Assembly (NCBI GenBank): GCA_963844715.1
Contig: CAWJPJ010000007.1
Location: 736,001 to 800,000 of the forward strand
Source of the DNA: an uncultured Phycisphaerales bacterium
GTDB lineage: Bacteria; Planctomycetota; Phycisphaerae; Tepidisphaerales; Tepidisphaeraceae
Reading direction: 5' to 3'
Length of the DNA: 64,000 nucleotides
Shown in pieces: positions 62,916-64,000 of this stretch. The position numbers and the translations under genes were made by a program. The number at the start of each line of letters is the position of its first letter. Within the stretch, counting starts at the first letter, position 1. The notes under the pieces were generated by a model, which saw only the letters and a list, made by a program, of their open reading frames with translations, did not search any database and had not been told where the DNA came from.

Positions 62916-64000
62916 CTAGCGGATGTGTCCGTCGCCCGTCACGACCCACTTGTAGGTCGTCAAATCCGCCGCCCCCATGGGTCCGCGCGCGTGTAGCTTG
63001 TCCGTGCTGATCCCGATCTCCGCCCCCAGTCCATATTCCCCGCCGTCGGCAAATCGCGTGCTTGCGTTCACCATCACACTGGCCGAATCCACGCCGGCTG
63101 CGAATCGCTCGATCGCCGCCGCCGAATCGCTCACGATCCCATCCGTGTGATGGCTCCCATATTCATTGATGTGCGCAACCGCCTCATCCACCGAATCCAC
63201 GACCTTCATCGCCACGATCAGGTTGAGATATTCCAGCGGCCAATCCGCTTCAGTTGCGAGCTTCGCCGATGGATAAATCTGCCGGGTCGCCTCATCCCCG
63301 CGAATCTCGACGCCCTTGCTCGCCAGATCGCCGCACACGCTGGCCAGCAATCTTCCCGCCGCCGCCCGATGAAACAAAATCTTCTCCACCGCGTTGCACA
63401 CCGCCCCCCCGGGATAGCTCGTCTTGGCGTTCACGCAAATCTCGCGCACCTGCTTCTCCATCTTTTCCGTGGCCGCATCCACGTAAATATGGCAGTTCCC
63501 CGTGAAATGTTTCAGCACCGGAATCGTCGATTCCTCCGCCACCGCCCGGATCAGCGATTCCCCCCCGCGCGGAATTACCAGGTCAATATATTTATCCAGT
63601 TTCAGCAGCGGGGGCACCAGCGCCCGATCCGTCGATTCGATCAACTGCACCGCCCCCGGATCGATGCCCGCGTCCTTTAGTGATTGCGAAATGATCTTCG
63701 CGATCGCCAGATTGGAATGGATCGATTCCTTCCCCCCGCGAAGAATGATCGCGTTTCCGCTCTTGATGCAAAGCGCCGCCGCGTCGCTGGTGACGTTCGG
63801 CCTGCTCTCATAAAAAAACAGCACCACCCCCAGCGGCACGCGCACCTTCTCAATCCGCAATCCATTCGGCCGTACATACCCCTCGATAATCTGCCCGACC
63901 GGATCCACCTGCGAAGCAATCTGCTCGACCCCCTCGGCCATGGAATTGATGCGCTTTTCCGTGAGCTTCAATCTCTCGATGAGTGCCCCCTGCATCTCCC
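62916..64000 (-). CDS. proA: Glutamate-5-semialdehyde dehydrogenase (5' end outside window)
   Basis: YESRPNVT, ILRGGKE, IPRGG, CNAVE, GSHHTD, NASTRFADG, EIGISTDKLHARGPMG. Confidence 0.95.
   Translation of the reverse strand, partial: EMQGALIERLKLTEKRINSMAEGVEQIASQVDPVGQIIEGYVRPNGLRIEKVRVPLGVVLFFYESRPNVTSDAAALCIKSGNAIILRGGKESIHSNLAIAKIISQSLKDAGIDPGAVQLIESTDRALVPPLLKLDKYIDLVIPRGGESLIRAVAEESTIPVLKHFTGNCHIYVDAATEKMEKQVREICVNAKTSYPGGAVCNAVEKILFHRAAAGRLLASVCGDLASKGVEIRGDEATRQIYPSAKLATEADWPLEYLNLIVAMKVVDSVDEAVAHINEYGSHHTDGIVSDSAAAIERFAAGVDSASVMVNASTRFADGGEYGLGAEIGISTDKLHARGPMGAADLTTYKWVVTGDGHIR

Overview
GC-rich bacterial chromosomal segment, most likely Planctomycetota of the Phycisphaerae/Tepidisphaerales type. 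This placement is an inference from the eukaryote-type UDP-GlcNAc pyrophosphorylase, the FlgI-like/HEAT lipoprotein upstream of smc, and membrane proteins with C-terminal CxxC-YxL-CPECG zinc ribbons. Most of the window is housekeeping: murE-murF-mraY, rho, fumC, ffh, nrdR, smc, msrA, lpxI, metK, hypAB, hpnR, tRNA-Val(GAC), lgt, panD, panC, proA. More than 20 genes, including essential ones, carry small indels that look like long-read consensus errors; I reconstructed these across the breaks. Accessory content: a complete IS5-family element splitting a methyltransferase, a complete IS630 inserted in a stop codon, four toxin-antitoxin-like mini-cassettes and a lone lower-GC TIR gene. Best candidates for new biology: (1) a TIR protein whose frameshift-corrected C-terminus looks ubiquitin-like; (2) a family of ~120-bp palindromic elements built from 7-bp repeats, one apparently inserted in frame into a lipoprotein signal peptide; (3) an MNT-HEPN cassette flanked by a duplicated panC 3' end with no integrase; (4) an exported protein with six tandem Sm/Hfq-like repeats; (5) a recurrent TQP linker on unrelated exported proteins; (6) widespread leaderless-type promoters; (7) a hopanoid C-3 methylase in a probable planctomycete. 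All homology calls come from reading motifs by eye; no searches were run.
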